Assembly: GCA_963754315.1 (NCBI GenBank)
Contig: CAVWFS010000014.1
Coordinates: 128,001-192,000 of the forward strand
Source of the DNA: an uncultured Candidatus Rokubacteria bacterium
GTDB taxonomy: Bacteria > Methylomirabilota > Methylomirabilia > Rokubacteriales > CSP1-6
DNA length: 64,000 nt
Direction of reading: 5' to 3'
Shown here: positions 29,254-39,723 of the stretch, one piece after another
Layout of the letters: each line of letters begins with the position of its first letter
Position numbering within the stretch: the stretch's first letter is position 1
Notes under the pieces: generated by a model
The model's input: only the letters and a program-made list of their open reading frames with translations
The model's database searches: none
Told to the model about the DNA's origin: nothing
Made by a program: the position numbers and the translations under genes

Positions 29254-30348
29254 ATGAAGGCCACGGCGGCCGTTCTGTACGAGGTGAACAAGCCCCTGGT
29301 GGTGGAGGACGTCGAGGTACTGGAGCCTGGCCCACACGAGGTGCGGGTTCGCTGGACCGCCAATGGCGTCTGTCATAGCGATCTTCATGTGATGACCGGC
29401 GACTATCCCCACCCGCTGCCCGTGGTGCTGGGGCACGAGGCAGCCGGAGTCGTCGAGAAGGTCGGGCCCGGGGTGGAAACCGTCTCGCCGGGCGACCACG
29501 TATGTTCGAGTTACATTCCGTCGTGCGGCAAGTGCGCGTACTGCATCGGCGGTCAACCGACCATGTGCGCGCTCCGTGACAAGCCCCGCTGGTTCATGCT
29601 GGACGGCACTCCCCGCTTCCGCAAGAACGGCCAGGGCTTGCACCACTTCCTGCAGGTTTCCGGCTACGCCACTCACTCGGTCCTCCTCGAGGAAAGCGTC
29701 ATCCCCATCCGGAAGGACGCGCCGCTTGACGTGGTCTGCCTGGTGAGCTGCGGCGTCCTGGCCGGGGCCGGTCCCGTGTTCAATCGCGCGAAGGTGACAC
29801 CCGGCTCGAGCGTCGCCGTGTTCGGCTGCGGGGGGGTGGGACTCAATACCATTCAGGCCGCTCGGCTCGTCGGGGCCGGAAAGATCATCGCGGTGGACGT
29901 CGTGAAGCAGAAACTCCAGTGGGCGGAGGAATTCGGCGCCACCCATGTGGTCGATGCCGCGAAGGAGGACCCCGTCGCCAGGGTGCAAGCGATCAGTGGC
30001 ACCGGCGGCGTCGACTACGCTTTCGAGGTCGTGGGGTTGCAGAAGACCGTCGAGCAGGCGTTGCTCTCCACGCACCGCGGTGGCACCGCCGTCATGGTGG
30101 GGGTTTGCCCGGCCGGCACGCGGCTCTCCATTGATCCCTCTCTTCTTTTGCAACAGCGGATCCTCACCGGCTCGTCCTTCGGCGGCGGCCATCAGCGCAC
30201 CGACGTGCCCATGCTGATCGATCTCTTCATGGCCGGCAAGTACAAGATCCAGGAACTCATCAGCCGCCGGTTGCCGCTCACGGACCTGAATCACGCCTTC
30301 GACCTGATGCTGCAGGGCGAGGTCAAGCGCAGCGTGATCGTTTATTAG
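29254..30348 (+). CDS. Zn-dependent alcohol dehydrogenase
   Basis: GVCHSD, GHEAAG, structural Zn C-x2-C-x2-C-x7-C, and GCGGVG. Confidence 0.93.
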   Translation: MKATAAVLYEVNKPLVVEDVEVLEPGPHEVRVRWTANGVCHSDLHVMTGDYPHPLPVVLGHEAAGVVEKVGPGVETVSPGDHVCSSYIPSCGKCAYCIGGQPTMCALRDKPRWFMLDGTPRFRKNGQGLHHFLQVSGYATHSVLLEESVIPIRKDAPLDVVCLVSCGVLAGAGPVFNRAKVTPGSSVAVFGCGGVGLNTIQAARLVGAGKIIAVDVVKQKLQWAEEFGATHVVDAAKEDPVARVQAISGTGGVDYAFEVVGLQKTVEQALLSTHRGGTAVMVGVCPAGTRLSIDPSLLLQQRILTGSSFGGGHQRTDVPMLIDLFMAGKYKIQELISRRLPLTDLNHAFDLMLQGEVKRSVIVY

Positions 30349-30490
30349 GGGGGCCTCGAAAGGGCCCCCCTGGCCCCCCAGCGCTCAGGCCGCCCCGGGG
30401 AACCCGGGGCGGCCCTCGATCTCACGCTAGCTTTCGGGGGCCTCGAAAGGGCCCCCTGGGCCTCCAAAACGCGGACCCGCCCCGGCAACC
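30348..30490. repeat. Composite REP/BIME-like element, locus 2
   Basis: GGGGCCTCGAAAGGGCCCCC twice, 87 nt apart, flanking hairpin GCCGCCCCGGG-GAA-CCCGGGGCGGC; same layout as 24720-24849. Confidence 0.8.
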
Positions 30491-30516
30491 TGCGTAGTCC
30501 GCGATTTCTCACGCGA

Positions 30517-31155
30517 TCAGGCGGGACCGGTGTCGCTCACGCGGTCGGCGAGGTCGCCGTCTAGGTGCGCGCTGCAGTTGAGCAGGCGCACGCGCCATGC
30601 CGTCGGGCCATCGGCGATCGTGAGTCCCGTGTTCGTCCAGCGCTCCGGTGCCTCCTGCCCTTCCGGGAGAATCAGGTGTCGGGCGGCCAGCGAGCGACAG
30701 ACGAGCCCGTGGGTGACCACGGCCAGGTGTCCCTCGGTTTCGGCCGCCACCCGGCGCATGAGCGCCCAGGCTCGATCGACCCGCGCGTGGAAGACCTCCC
30801 AGCTCTCTCCCTCCGGCGGCTGGTAGTCCGGTGCGAAGATGTCCACCGTCAGCCGATCGTAGGGCGTGCCGCGGATGGCGCCGAAGCTCCGCTCCTGGAG
30901 CAGCGGATCGAGCTGGAGGGGAACCCCGGTCGCCAGCCTGAGATACTCGGCGGTCATGGTGGCCCGCGCGAGATCGCTCGAGAGGATGCGGGCGATGCCC
31001 GATCGCGCCAGACGCCGCGCCAGACGCTCGGCCTGGCTCATGCCTCGCTGGGAGAGGGGCGTCTCAGGGGTCTGGACGATGCGCTCCGCATTGCCAGGCG
31101 TCTCGCCGTGGCGGATCAGGAGGATCGACTTCGATTCTCGGCTTGCCGTCGTCAT
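30517..31155 (-). CDS. Histidine phosphatase (phosphoglycerate mutase-like)
   Basis: LIRHGET, SSDLARA..TA, L.ERSFG and VVTHG motifs. Confidence 0.92.
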   Translation of the reverse strand: MTTASRESKSILLIRHGETPGNAERIVQTPETPLSQRGMSQAERLARRLARSGIARILSSDLARATMTAEYLRLATGVPLQLDPLLQERSFGAIRGTPYDRLTVDIFAPDYQPPEGESWEVFHARVDRAWALMRRVAAETEGHLAVVTHGLVCRSLAARHLILPEGQEAPERWTNTGLTIADGPTAWRVRLLNCSAHLDGDLADRVSDTGPA

Positions 31156-31309
31156 GGTGCCGCTGGCGCCAAGGCTCCGTAGACCGGCGACGGTCCGGAG
31201 CGCGCGTCGAGAGAGCAACCGAATCCCAAACGGAAGAGACGCATCCCTGAATCATACGGCAGCCGGGGCGCGTGGCGCTGGATTCGCTCCCTTCGAACCT
31301 GTTGGCCGT

Positions 31310-32440
31310 TTACTGCCGGCCAGGGGTGCTGCGATCGCGAGCACGATCCGACCGCAAGCCCGCCGCTTCGCCTGACGCGACATCTTGCACGCGCGCGGCG
31401 GCCGCCGTGCGCGTTTCGACGCCGAGCTTACGGTAGACATGTTCGAGGTGCTTCTCCACGGTTCGCCGGCTGACCTGAAGGATGGTGGCCGTTTCCAAGT
31501 TGGTCTTGCCCTGCGCGACCCAGGTCATCACTTCCGCCTCGCGGCCAGAAAGACCGAGGTCTGCGGGCGACATCCTGGCCAGCCGGCGGGGCTGCCTCTG
31601 CAGCACCAGGAGGCGGCAAGAGTTATGTGCGAGGAGGCGCACGACCAGACATGAGGCTTCGCCCTCGACTGCGAGCGGGGCCATCGGCGGAGGCAGGTCG
31701 TCCCGGGATGATGACGCGTGATGCGTGATCCAGCGCGCGATGGTGTCAGGCAAGCTTCTGCCGGTAACGCGGGCACCAAAGAACTCGCTGAGCCACCGGC
31801 GCGCGAGCGGTGTCGTCAGGCGCGGCCGGTCATCCTGGTCGAGCAGGACCAGGCCCGCGTCGACGTGCTCTAGACCCTGCTCGACCATGGCCACTTCGTC
31901 CCGCAGGGATGACACGACTACTGCGTTCTGATAGCTCTGATTGAGGTGCGGCCGCAGCAGGTTCAGGACCAGCCGATCGCGCTCGCTGAAATCTCGCCGC
32001 CCACTGCGATCCAGAAAGACAGCGGTGATAAGTTCGGGTGGCCCCGGCAAGCCCTTGGCGATGCGAAACTCGATGCCGCGCTTGCGGAAGAACTCGTTGT
32101 AGAGCCCGGTGTGGTGGAACTCACGACGGGTCAGGAAGTCCGTGTACTTCACCGCCGATCCCAGGCCGCGGCGGTAGGCACGCAGCAACGGGGATTCCTG
32201 CACATGCCGTGCGTAGACCCGGGCGTCCTTCTCGTCGAAAGCTCCAGGAATATCGCAGAACCCACGGCTCTCCTTCGTGCGGAGATTGTTCTCACAGTAG
32301 ATCACCATGTCGCAGGGCACGACCCTTGGGAGCTGGGCCAGCAGTCGTTTTTTGAACGAGGGGAGCCCATCGAGCTCGTAGAGAGCTCGCATCAGGCGCG
32401 TCATCGCGTACAGGTCCGTCCGCCCTAGCTGCTCCATCAT
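31310..32440 (-). CDS. LuxR-family HTH transcriptional regulator
   Basis: C-terminal LSGREAEV..WVAQGKTN.E.A.IL..S.RTVEKHLEHVYRKLGV. Confidence 0.9.
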   Translation of the reverse strand: MMEQLGRTDLYAMTRLMRALYELDGLPSFKKRLLAQLPRVVPCDMVIYCENNLRTKESRGFCDIPGAFDEKDARVYARHVQESPLLRAYRRGLGSAVKYTDFLTRREFHHTGLYNEFFRKRGIEFRIAKGLPGPPELITAVFLDRSGRRDFSERDRLVLNLLRPHLNQSYQNAVVVSSLRDEVAMVEQGLEHVDAGLVLLDQDDRPRLTTPLARRWLSEFFGARVTGRSLPDTIARWITHHASSSRDDLPPPMAPLAVEGEASCLVVRLLAHNSCRLLVLQRQPRRLARMSPADLGLSGREAEVMTWVAQGKTNLETATILQVSRRTVEKHLEHVYRKLGVETRTAAAARVQDVASGEAAGLRSDRARDRSTPGRQ

Positions 32441-32469
32441 CTCCCCGGAGCCCGGAGGAACCCAGGACC

Positions 32470-32487
32470 ATACGTAGGGCTACGTAT
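32470..32487. promoter_or_regulatory. Palindromic operator candidate ATACGTAG-GG-CTACGTAT
   Basis: Perfect 8-bp inverted repeat ~30 nt upstream of the LuxR-family gene. Confidence 0.55.
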
Positions 32488-32997
32488 TGACGATAGGCGG
32501 CCGGTAGAGGTGAAGTCAAGGTGCCACGGCGGAGTAGGCGCACGGTGCGAGTAAGCGCCGCCGGTCGTAGCCGATGGGCAGGAGCGATGATGCACAGCTC
32601 CGCAGGACTTCCTAGGGCAGTGACGTCGTGCACGGAAGCCCGTCAGCCGACCCCCCTTCCCTCGTCCTGCCCGTCCCCGTTTGGGAACTGGAGAGCCGCA
32701 GGCCTGCCCCTTCCTCTCAAGGATCGTGCGTGTTGAGGTCGACGTGTCCGCCCTGCCCGATGGAGGACCGCCGTCATGGCACAAGAGCGCAAGAGTTCGT
32801 CGTGCCTGCTCTGTGTTCTGATCCCTTTGCTCTCCGCCCCTCGGCCTCCATCAACCAGGCGCATCGGCACTCCGTGTCGACAGGGACACCAAACCCTTGC
32901 CGCCGCGCTCAGCTTCGCGATCCGCCTTCGCGAGCACGGCACCGCCGCTCAGACTGGATTCGGGGCTCACACGCCCGTTGCGCAACAGCCAGAGGGC

Positions 32998-33679
32998 ATG
33001 CCGGCAGAGCCCGTCTTCGAGGTCGAGTGCCCCCTGGGCCACACCACATTTCCCACCATCAGCGGTGTCTCCACCACCGCCAACGTCTTCCGCAAAGAAG
33101 GCGAGTATTGGACCGTCAGCTACGAGGGGACGGTGGTACGCCTGCAGGAATCGCAAGGGTCTGCATTATCTCGATCAATTGCTTCACCATCCGGGCCGCG
33201 AGTTCCATGTCCTCGATCTGATACGTATCGATGGGGCATATTCCTCACGGGAACCGGCTGCCCCGCACCGCGTCTTGAACGAGTCGGGACCGGGGGTCAC
33301 CGCCGCGCAAGGCCGACTCCATGCCCCCCTAGACGCCAAGGCCAAGCAGGCCTACCGGCACCGGCTCACCGATCTCCACGAGACTCTGCAAGAGGCCGAA
33401 CAATTCGCTGACGCGGTCCGAAGCGAACGGACACGCGTCGAAATCGAGTTTCTCACCCATCAGCTATCGGCGGCCATGGGACTCGGCGGACGCGATCGCC
33501 CGACGGGCGCCCCCGCCGAGCGTGCCCGTGTCGCCGTCACGTTGCGCATCAGAGATGCCTTGCGCCGAATCCGGCAGCTCCAGCCGAGCCTAGGGATCCA
33601 TCTGGACGCGAGCGTGAGAACAGGATACTTCTGCAGCTATTCTCTCCCTCCCTACCGTCCCATCCAATGGACTACTTGA
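32998..33679 (+). CDS. Stand-alone domain resembling the C-terminus of large ATPase-type regulators; frameshift ~33150; start uncertain
   Basis: NVFRKEGEYWTVSYEGTVVRL, then in another frame KGLHYL..LL.HPGREFHVLDL…LDAKAKQAYR.RL…AMGLGGRDR…AERARVAVT…HL.ASVRTG.FCSY. Confidence 0.6.
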
Positions 33680-33772
33680 CGCCTCGACAGCGCACGGGCG
33701 GCAGCGACGCCTCATATCTCTCGACTCCGCCCGTCTTGCCCGGAGCTTCTCACCCCGCCTGAGTTGTCTGGC

Positions 33773-33809
33773 TCGTCCGCGTTACATCGTCACGTGAATC
33801 GTTACGCCC
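33773..33809. promoter_or_regulatory. Conserved 37-bp GTTAC-repeat motif, copy 1
   Basis: TCGTCCGCGTTACATCGTCACGTGAATCGTTACGCCC; 31/37 identical to 35396-35432. Confidence 0.6.
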
Positions 33810-34128
33810 CAACGACTGGGAAGGCAGGTCAGCCCGATAATTGTTGGACACCCAACGTACGCTGCAACAGGTCAAAGGAGACCATCACGCCCGATGGGGT
33901 GTTCCTGACGGTCTTCTGTGGGCCCGGTCGCACAAGGGGCGCGCAACTATCGCGACATGCACGGCGCGACCGGCGGCTCGCCGAGCCCGGGTCGGGGACC
34001 GAGCCGGCGGCACGGCGCGATTTCCTCACGGGACCGCACATCCTCCGTAGACGAGCGCGACGACGAACCAGGAAACGGAGCCCGCACGAGTGCTTCCTGC
34101 CAGATCGTTGAAAAAAGGGAGATGAAAA

Positions 34129-34953
34129 ATGCACGACACTGGAAGCCGATACATCGCGACCGGGCGGTTTGCAATCATGATACTGGTCTTCCTGACGCTC
34201 GTGGGTTTGGCCGAACGGCCAGCAGACGCGAACGGGCAGCTGTCGTTCGAGGACTGGCTAGCCGCACAGAGCACACGCTGCAAGGACTACGATGGTGATG
34301 GAACGCCATGCGAGCCCTACACCGGCCAGCCCTTCGCCGACCAGTACATTCCAGCCAATCAAAGTTATGTCTTTTTCACGGCACCAGCGCAAGGGCGTGT
34401 GGCCGTTGTGGACTGGTTGGGCATATCGTGGGGCTACCTCCTTGACGTGTGCGGCGTCGATCTGGGGACCACAACCACTGGAACCGTGACCGCGCATGGT
34501 GTCGGAAACGGCGAGGTGCTGGTAAGCGTCCGAGGGCACACACGAAACGCCATGGCCTTTGTCGCCGACGATCCTAGTCCGAGTCCGAGCCCCTTTAGCT
34601 TACCTCTACTCTTCGGCGCGCGCGAAGCGGACATATGCACCGGCGCCGCCGAGGCATCACTGGTGGACGTCGAGTTCAAGGTTGAGTACTACACTGATGC
34701 CTCCGATCCTATCGTTGACAATCAGTACTTCGGCAATCCCCCCACCGATCCCCCCAGCGCGGGCGGCTTCCCCGATGATCCGTTTCGATTCCGCAAGATT
34801 ATGATACGAGTCCACGGTGAGGGCACGCTGGCCGATGGCTCCCCGGCCCGCCTGGTCATAAATCAGACGGGCATATTCCAGTCGCGCAGTAAGTCGCCAA
34901 AATTTGACGGTTTTCCGGTCGAGTTCATCGACTTACATCGACTGGGTCGATAG
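34129..34953 (+). CDS. Secreted hypothetical protein
   Basis: 274 aa; hydrophobic signal-like N-terminus; acidic, Pro/Cys-containing mature part; no family recognised. Confidence 0.7.
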   Translation: MHDTGSRYIATGRFAIMILVFLTLVGLAERPADANGQLSFEDWLAAQSTRCKDYDGDGTPCEPYTGQPFADQYIPANQSYVFFTAPAQGRVAVVDWLGISWGYLLDVCGVDLGTTTTGTVTAHGVGNGEVLVSVRGHTRNAMAFVADDPSPSPSPFSLPLLFGAREADICTGAAEASLVDVEFKVEYYTDASDPIVDNQYFGNPPTDPPSAGGFPDDPFRFRKIMIRVHGEGTLADGSPARLVINQTGIFQSRSKSPKFDGFPVEFIDLHRLGR

Positions 34954-35230
34954 ACCCCGCCTCCTTCAAGGGTGAACCGAAGCCGGCGCGTGATGGTCAG
35001 TGAAGGGACCCTCTTCGACACCGCGGCGTGTGGGTGAAGGTCCGTCCCATCCCGGAGGAAGGTGTAGGGGAGCCGGCAGAGGCAGTGGGCCACCGCGACG
35101 ACGCTGTCTTGTGGCCACGCCGGGCACACATCTTGAAGGAGTAAAGGATGGAGCGGATACGACGGGCGGCGGGCATGATGGGCTGCCTCGCACAGCAGAA
35201 CGGTGCCGGGCCGAGCGCCGCCGCGCGCCG

Positions 35231-35345
35231 CGTCGACTCGGTCCCCTGCTGGATGCCAAGGCCAAGCAGGCTTGCCGCCGACGGCTCGCCAACCTCCGCG
35301 AAACCCAATGCGAGGCCGAGCGATTCCGAGATGTGGCCCAGGTCC
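35231..35345 (+). pseudogene. Degenerate second copy of the 32998-33679 regulator-like domain
   Basis: RRLGPLLDAKAKQACRRRLANLRETQCEAERFRD aligns with GRLHAPLDAKAKQAYRHRLTDLHETLQEAEQFAD. Confidence 0.7.
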
Positions 35346-35395
35346 GCGGCTGCCGAGCCGACAGCCGCGCCTCCCCTCTGCGGCTCCCGTCCGAT

Positions 35396-35432
35396 TCATC
35401 TGCGCTACATCGTTACGCGAATTGTTACGCCC
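35396..35432. promoter_or_regulatory. Conserved 37-bp GTTAC-repeat motif, copy 2
   Basis: TCATCTGCGCTACATCGTTACGCGAATTGTTACGCCC. Confidence 0.6.
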
Positions 35433-35596
35433 ATGCCTGTGTGGGGACAGAAGCTCGCGATCCACAGGGAGCGTGGCATGCAGGCCGAGCCATGCCCGGC
35501 TGTGTAGGGCGCTCAGGATGACGAGAACCGCCCGCGGCCGGGGAGGGTGAACAAGATGACGCAACCAGGCATCGTCCACGCAATCATGACGAGGGA

Positions 35597-36383
35597 GTGA
35601 TAAACATGATCACGAACACAACCTCGACACGTCCTGGCGGCGGCTGGGGGATCGCCCTTGTCCTGAGTGCCGTCACCTTGGCCGCAATCCTAGCTCACGC
35701 CCCGGCCCAAGGTGGGAACAGCAATCCGGGGATTATTCCACCCCACGCCAAGTTTCGCGGACTGACTTATGGTGAATGGGGAGCCAAGTGGTGGCAGGCG
35801 GCGTTTGCGTGTCCTGTCGTGGCCGGCGCCCCCCCTACCACCCCGTCCTTTCTGGCGGAGCATTTCGTGGAGATAAAGGAATGCTGTTTCTGGCGGGCAA
35901 GGGGGGGAGGCCGCCACCGTTGACATCACGATCCCTCCCGGCACGCCGCTGTTCTTCCCCGTGGTCAACGCAGAATGCTCGGTCCTCGAGCCGGACCCGT
36001 TCCATGGGGATGACGAAGCCGAGCTTCGCGCGTGTGCGAACGGTCACATCGACGACACGTCAGGGCTCTTCGCCACGATCGACGGCGTAGACGTGAGGAA
36101 CCTGAACGCGTATCGCGTCGAGTCGCCGTTGTTTGAGTTCGGGCCCCTCCCGGAGGACAATCTGTTCGACTTCTTCGGGCTGGACGCCCCCGCCGGAACA
36201 ACGTCGCCCGCCGTCGATGCAGGGGTCTATCTGCTCCTCGCACCGCTCAGTGTAGGCATGCACGTGGTGCACTTCGGCGGCACATTCGACGAGCAAGGTT
36301 TTTCGATCGATACCAAGTTCAATATTACCGTGGCGCCGATGAAGAAGTCCCAGAGCAATGCGGACGACTGTCGCGTGCAGTAA
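35597..36383 (+). CDS. Secreted hypothetical protein, split by ~2 frameshifts
   Basis: Signal peptide + GLTYGEWGAKWWQ; then LFLAG; then TIPPGTPLFFPVVNAECS…GVYLLLAPLSVG.H.VHFGG. Three frames read as one coherent protein. Confidence 0.65.
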
Positions 36384-36402
36384 GTGAGAGTCGGAGGAGA
36401 TC

Positions 36403-37125
36403 ATGATCTCGAGAACGAATCATCACAATGAGATATGGCGACGTCGTGGCGCGGCAGAATCGCCTCGCTCATGGCCGTAGGCCTGGTGGGAACCAGGCCG
36501 GGCACCGTCGTGGCAGACCCAAAGGGCTACGTCTATACGGCCATCCGCTTTCTGGGCGACCCCCTCCCCGCGGGCGGTAGCTTCGTCAACGACTTCGAGC
36601 CCGATGGCCTCAACAATCACGGCGACATGGCCTTTGGCGCCGACGCCCCGTCCGCCTGAACGATCAAGGGGACATGGTTTTCACTTTCGTGCTTGAGGAA
36701 TTTACCCTACCGTTCGGCGTCAACGCCGGCAACTATCGCTACTCGCACGCCACGCGCAAAGTGACGCCGGTGGTAATTCCGTACCAGACGCCGGTGCCGG
36801 GCGGCGGGATGTTTCAAGGAGCTTTCTTTGACCCGACCGTGAACAACCAGAGCGACGTAGTGTTCGGCGGCATCGTCAAAACCGCCCCAGGGCGTGCACA
36901 ACGTCCCTGACAACGGTGAGCCTTACGTTGGCTTGGGTATCGGTATCTTCCGCGCCAACGCCAACGGGCAGATCTCCACCATGGTCAAGCCGGGAGACAC
37001 GGCGCCCGGCGGCGGCATGTTCGACTACGCCGTTCGAGCGTGGGTCAACGACGGGTGCGACGTGTCCTTTATCGGTCACATCGCCGGCGAAGAAAGCGTA
37101 GTCGCGGGCTTCCCTCCGCATTGGG
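36403..37125 (+). pseudogene. Broken secreted repeat protein with (L/V)NxxGxxxF repeats (NxxGxxAF-type)
   Basis: Repeats LNNHGDMAF, LNDQGDMVF, VNNQSDVVF and VNDGCDVSF with PGGG.F spacers, spread over several frames and truncated. Confidence 0.6.
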
Positions 37126-37225
37126 GTAAACTCGGGCGCCTATCGCTTTTCCCACATGACCCGCACCCAGAAGACAAGCATTGCCTAAGAAAACAAGCGT
37201 CGCCCGGAAGCCGCCGCGCGTGACT

Positions 37226-38820
37226 TCAGGCGGCGCCGCGGCGAAGGACTCGACCGGGCAGGCGCGCCGGTGTGCTCACCCTCGTCGATGACGAGGACAC
37301 CGTTGACGATGACGGTGGACACCCCGGCCGCGTACTGGTGAGGATCATCGTAGGTGGCGCGGTCGGCGATGGTGGCCGGATCGAACACGGTCACGTCGGC
37401 GTGATAGCCTTCCCGGAGCAGGCCGCGCTCCACGAGGCCGAGGGCGGCTGCGGACCCACCTGTCATCTTCCGGACGGCTTGGGGTAAGGTGAGCAGCCCT
37501 CGGTCGCGCCGACAGTGCCCCAGCACGCGCGCGAAACGTACCGTAGAAGCGCGGGTGAGGCTTCCCCTGTCCTGTCACGCCATACGGCGCCAACGCATTG
37601 CCGTCGGACCCCACCAGCACCCAGGGCGTGCCGGCGATCTCGTCCACGTCCTTCTCGGCCATCGAGGTGATGAGGATCCTCGTGTGCCCCTGGTCGGCGA
37701 GCAGGTAGTCGCAGACCGTGTCGAGGGGATCGCCGCCCCGTCGGCGCGCGATGTCACCCAAAGTCTGTCCGGCGTGCTGGGGCTGATGGGGCGAGACGGC
37801 CACGCGCACCGCGTCCCACGATGCAATGGCGCCGAAGTTGTTCAGGCCGACCCGGGCGATGTCCGCCCGCATGCGTGCACGCACGTCGGCGCTCCGCAGC
37901 CGCTCGAGCATGGCCGGCACGCCACCCTCTTGCACCCAGCTCGGCAGCAGGTTGCGCAGCGGGTTGGACCCCGTGTCGTACGGATACTGATCGCAGTCGA
38001 CCTTCACGCCGCGCCGGCGGGCGGCGTCGATCTCGCCGAGGAGCCGCTGGGCGCCGCCCCAGTTGTTCAGGCCGGACAGCTTCAGATGAGCGATCTGGAC
38101 GTGGATGCCCGTGCTCTCGGCGACCGCGATCGCCTCGCGCACCGCCTCGAAGACCTGGTTGGCCTCGTCGCGAATGTGCGAGGCGTAGGCGCCTCCGTGC
38201 TCGCGCAGCACACGGGCCAGAGCCAAGATCTCGTCGGGGCCTGCGTAGCCGCCCGGGGCCGTGAACAGCCCCGACGACAGACCGATCGCCCCCGCCTCCA
38301 GCGCCTCGGCCAGCAGGCGCTGCATCTCGGCCAGTTCCTCGGGGGTGGCCGCCCGATTCGCCATCCCCACCGTCATCAGGCGCAGGGTATTGTGGCCCAC
38401 CTGCATGACGGTGTTCACCGAGGTGGGCGGGAAGGCCGCCATGTAATCGGCGAACGTGGTCTCGCGAAACGGAAGCCACGGCGCGCTCGCGGCCAGGTAC
38501 TCACGCAGCATCTCGGCGCGTCCCGGCAAGGCCGGGGCCACCGAGAACCCGCAGTTCCCCAGCACCTCGGTGGTGACGCCCTGGCGGATCTTGCTCTCCG
38601 CGCGCGGGTTGAGGGGCAAGGTGAAATCGGAATGCGTATGGATGTCGATGAAGCCGGGCGCGACGACCAGGCCCCGAGCGTCGATGGTACGCCGCGCCGC
38701 CCGAGCCGAGCCTGGCTCGATGGCGGCGATGCGACCGTTCCGCACGGCTACGTCTGCTTCACGGCCCGGCCCACCGGTCCCATCGATGACCACGCCCCCG
38801 CGAATCGCAATGTCGTCCAT
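37226..38820 (-). CDS. D-aminoacylase (N-acyl-D-amino-acid deacylase); frameshifts ~37530 and ~37260
   Basis: PGFIDIHTHSD, QGVTTE..GNCG, SHIRDE, GSDG, PHPRFYGTF and RGLLREG..AD.TVFDP motifs. Confidence 0.85.
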
Positions 38821-38916
38821 CGGTCGGTACGCGATCGCTACAGGAGCGCCCCGCGATAGGGGACATCGGGCGAGGCCTGGCCGATCGACCGAGACATCAT
38901 CGTGCTCGGAACGGTC

Positions 38917-39723
38917 TCAGGCGCTGGTGCTGGTGAGAACGCATACGGCATCGGGACCGACGGTCTGTGCCGCCACGGTCTCCACGCAGAACAGATGCAC
39001 GCCCGCCTGGTCATGAGCCCGGTAGCCGACGGAGAGATCGCCCCCGACGGTCAAGACAAAGTCGCCGCCCCGGGTCGAGAACAGCGCTCCCGCATCCTTG
39101 ATGACAGCCGAGCGGTGGACGCCGACCAGGACGTCGCGCAGGTGACGACTGGCCGGATATCCGTCGTCGGCGGCCCGAAGGTACGCATAGTAGCGCGGCG
39201 GAGCCAGGATGACCTCGTAGGGACCCGGGACACCCGCGGTGTCGAGCCGCTCCACCGCCTTTAGCAAGTCCGTCACCACCTGGTTCGCCTTGCCCCAGTC
39301 TCCACAGGGCTGACGTGGCGACTCGCGCGCTGTCAAGAATCCCTTGCCTCCCGGCTCACCATAGAAGACAAGACGATCCTCGGCCAGCGCCACCTCGCGC
39401 GCGGCGGCCTCGGCCGCGGTCGCATCGAGAGCAGGCGCTCCCCGTTCGACAGCTTCGATGGTCGCCCAGGGCTCGGTGAAGGCCGCCCTGATCTCGGCCA
39501 GCAGCACCACGTCGGGGAGCGACACGACAGCGTGGCCCTCGCGCGTCTTATGAGGGGTGACGGTACCGAGGGCTACCGCCACCTGATCCCAGCCGCGCGG
39601 GCTTTCAAAGGTCGCCACTCTCCGAGCAGCCATCGTACGGCGGGCCATGTTGGTGACGGCCTCGTCGATTTGCTTCCATATCTCGGCCGAGAGCGGAGCG
39701 ATGCCACGCCGAAGAATATCCAT
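38917..39723 (-). CDS. Family 1 encapsulin shell protein (linocin M18-like)
   Basis: MDILRRGIAPLS…W..ID, ARRV, A.AEDRLVFYG, GPY and RGGDF.L.VG.DLSVGY..HD motifs; ~268 aa. Confidence 0.92.
   Translation of the reverse strand: MDILRRGIAPLSAEIWKQIDEAVTNMARRTMAARRVATFESPRGWDQVAVALGTVTPHKTREGHAVVSLPDVVLLAEIRAAFTEPWATIEAVERGAPALDATAAEAAAREVALAEDRLVFYGEPGGKGFLTARESPRQPCGDWGKANQVVTDLLKAVERLDTAGVPGPYEVILAPPRYYAYLRAADDGYPASRHLRDVLVGVHRSAVIKDAGALFSTRGGDFVLTVGGDLSVGYRAHDQAGVHLFCVETVAAQTVGPDAVCVLTSTSA

Noticed and set aside
33830..34120. Riboswitch in the long leader of the secreted protein
   Set aside because: GC-rich stems are possible, but I could not match a known aptamer consensus; an Rfam scan would be needed.
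36657..36659. TGA read-through in the repeat protein
   Set aside because: The next repeat (LNDQGDMVF) continues in a different frame, so this is a deletion or frameshift rather than recoding.
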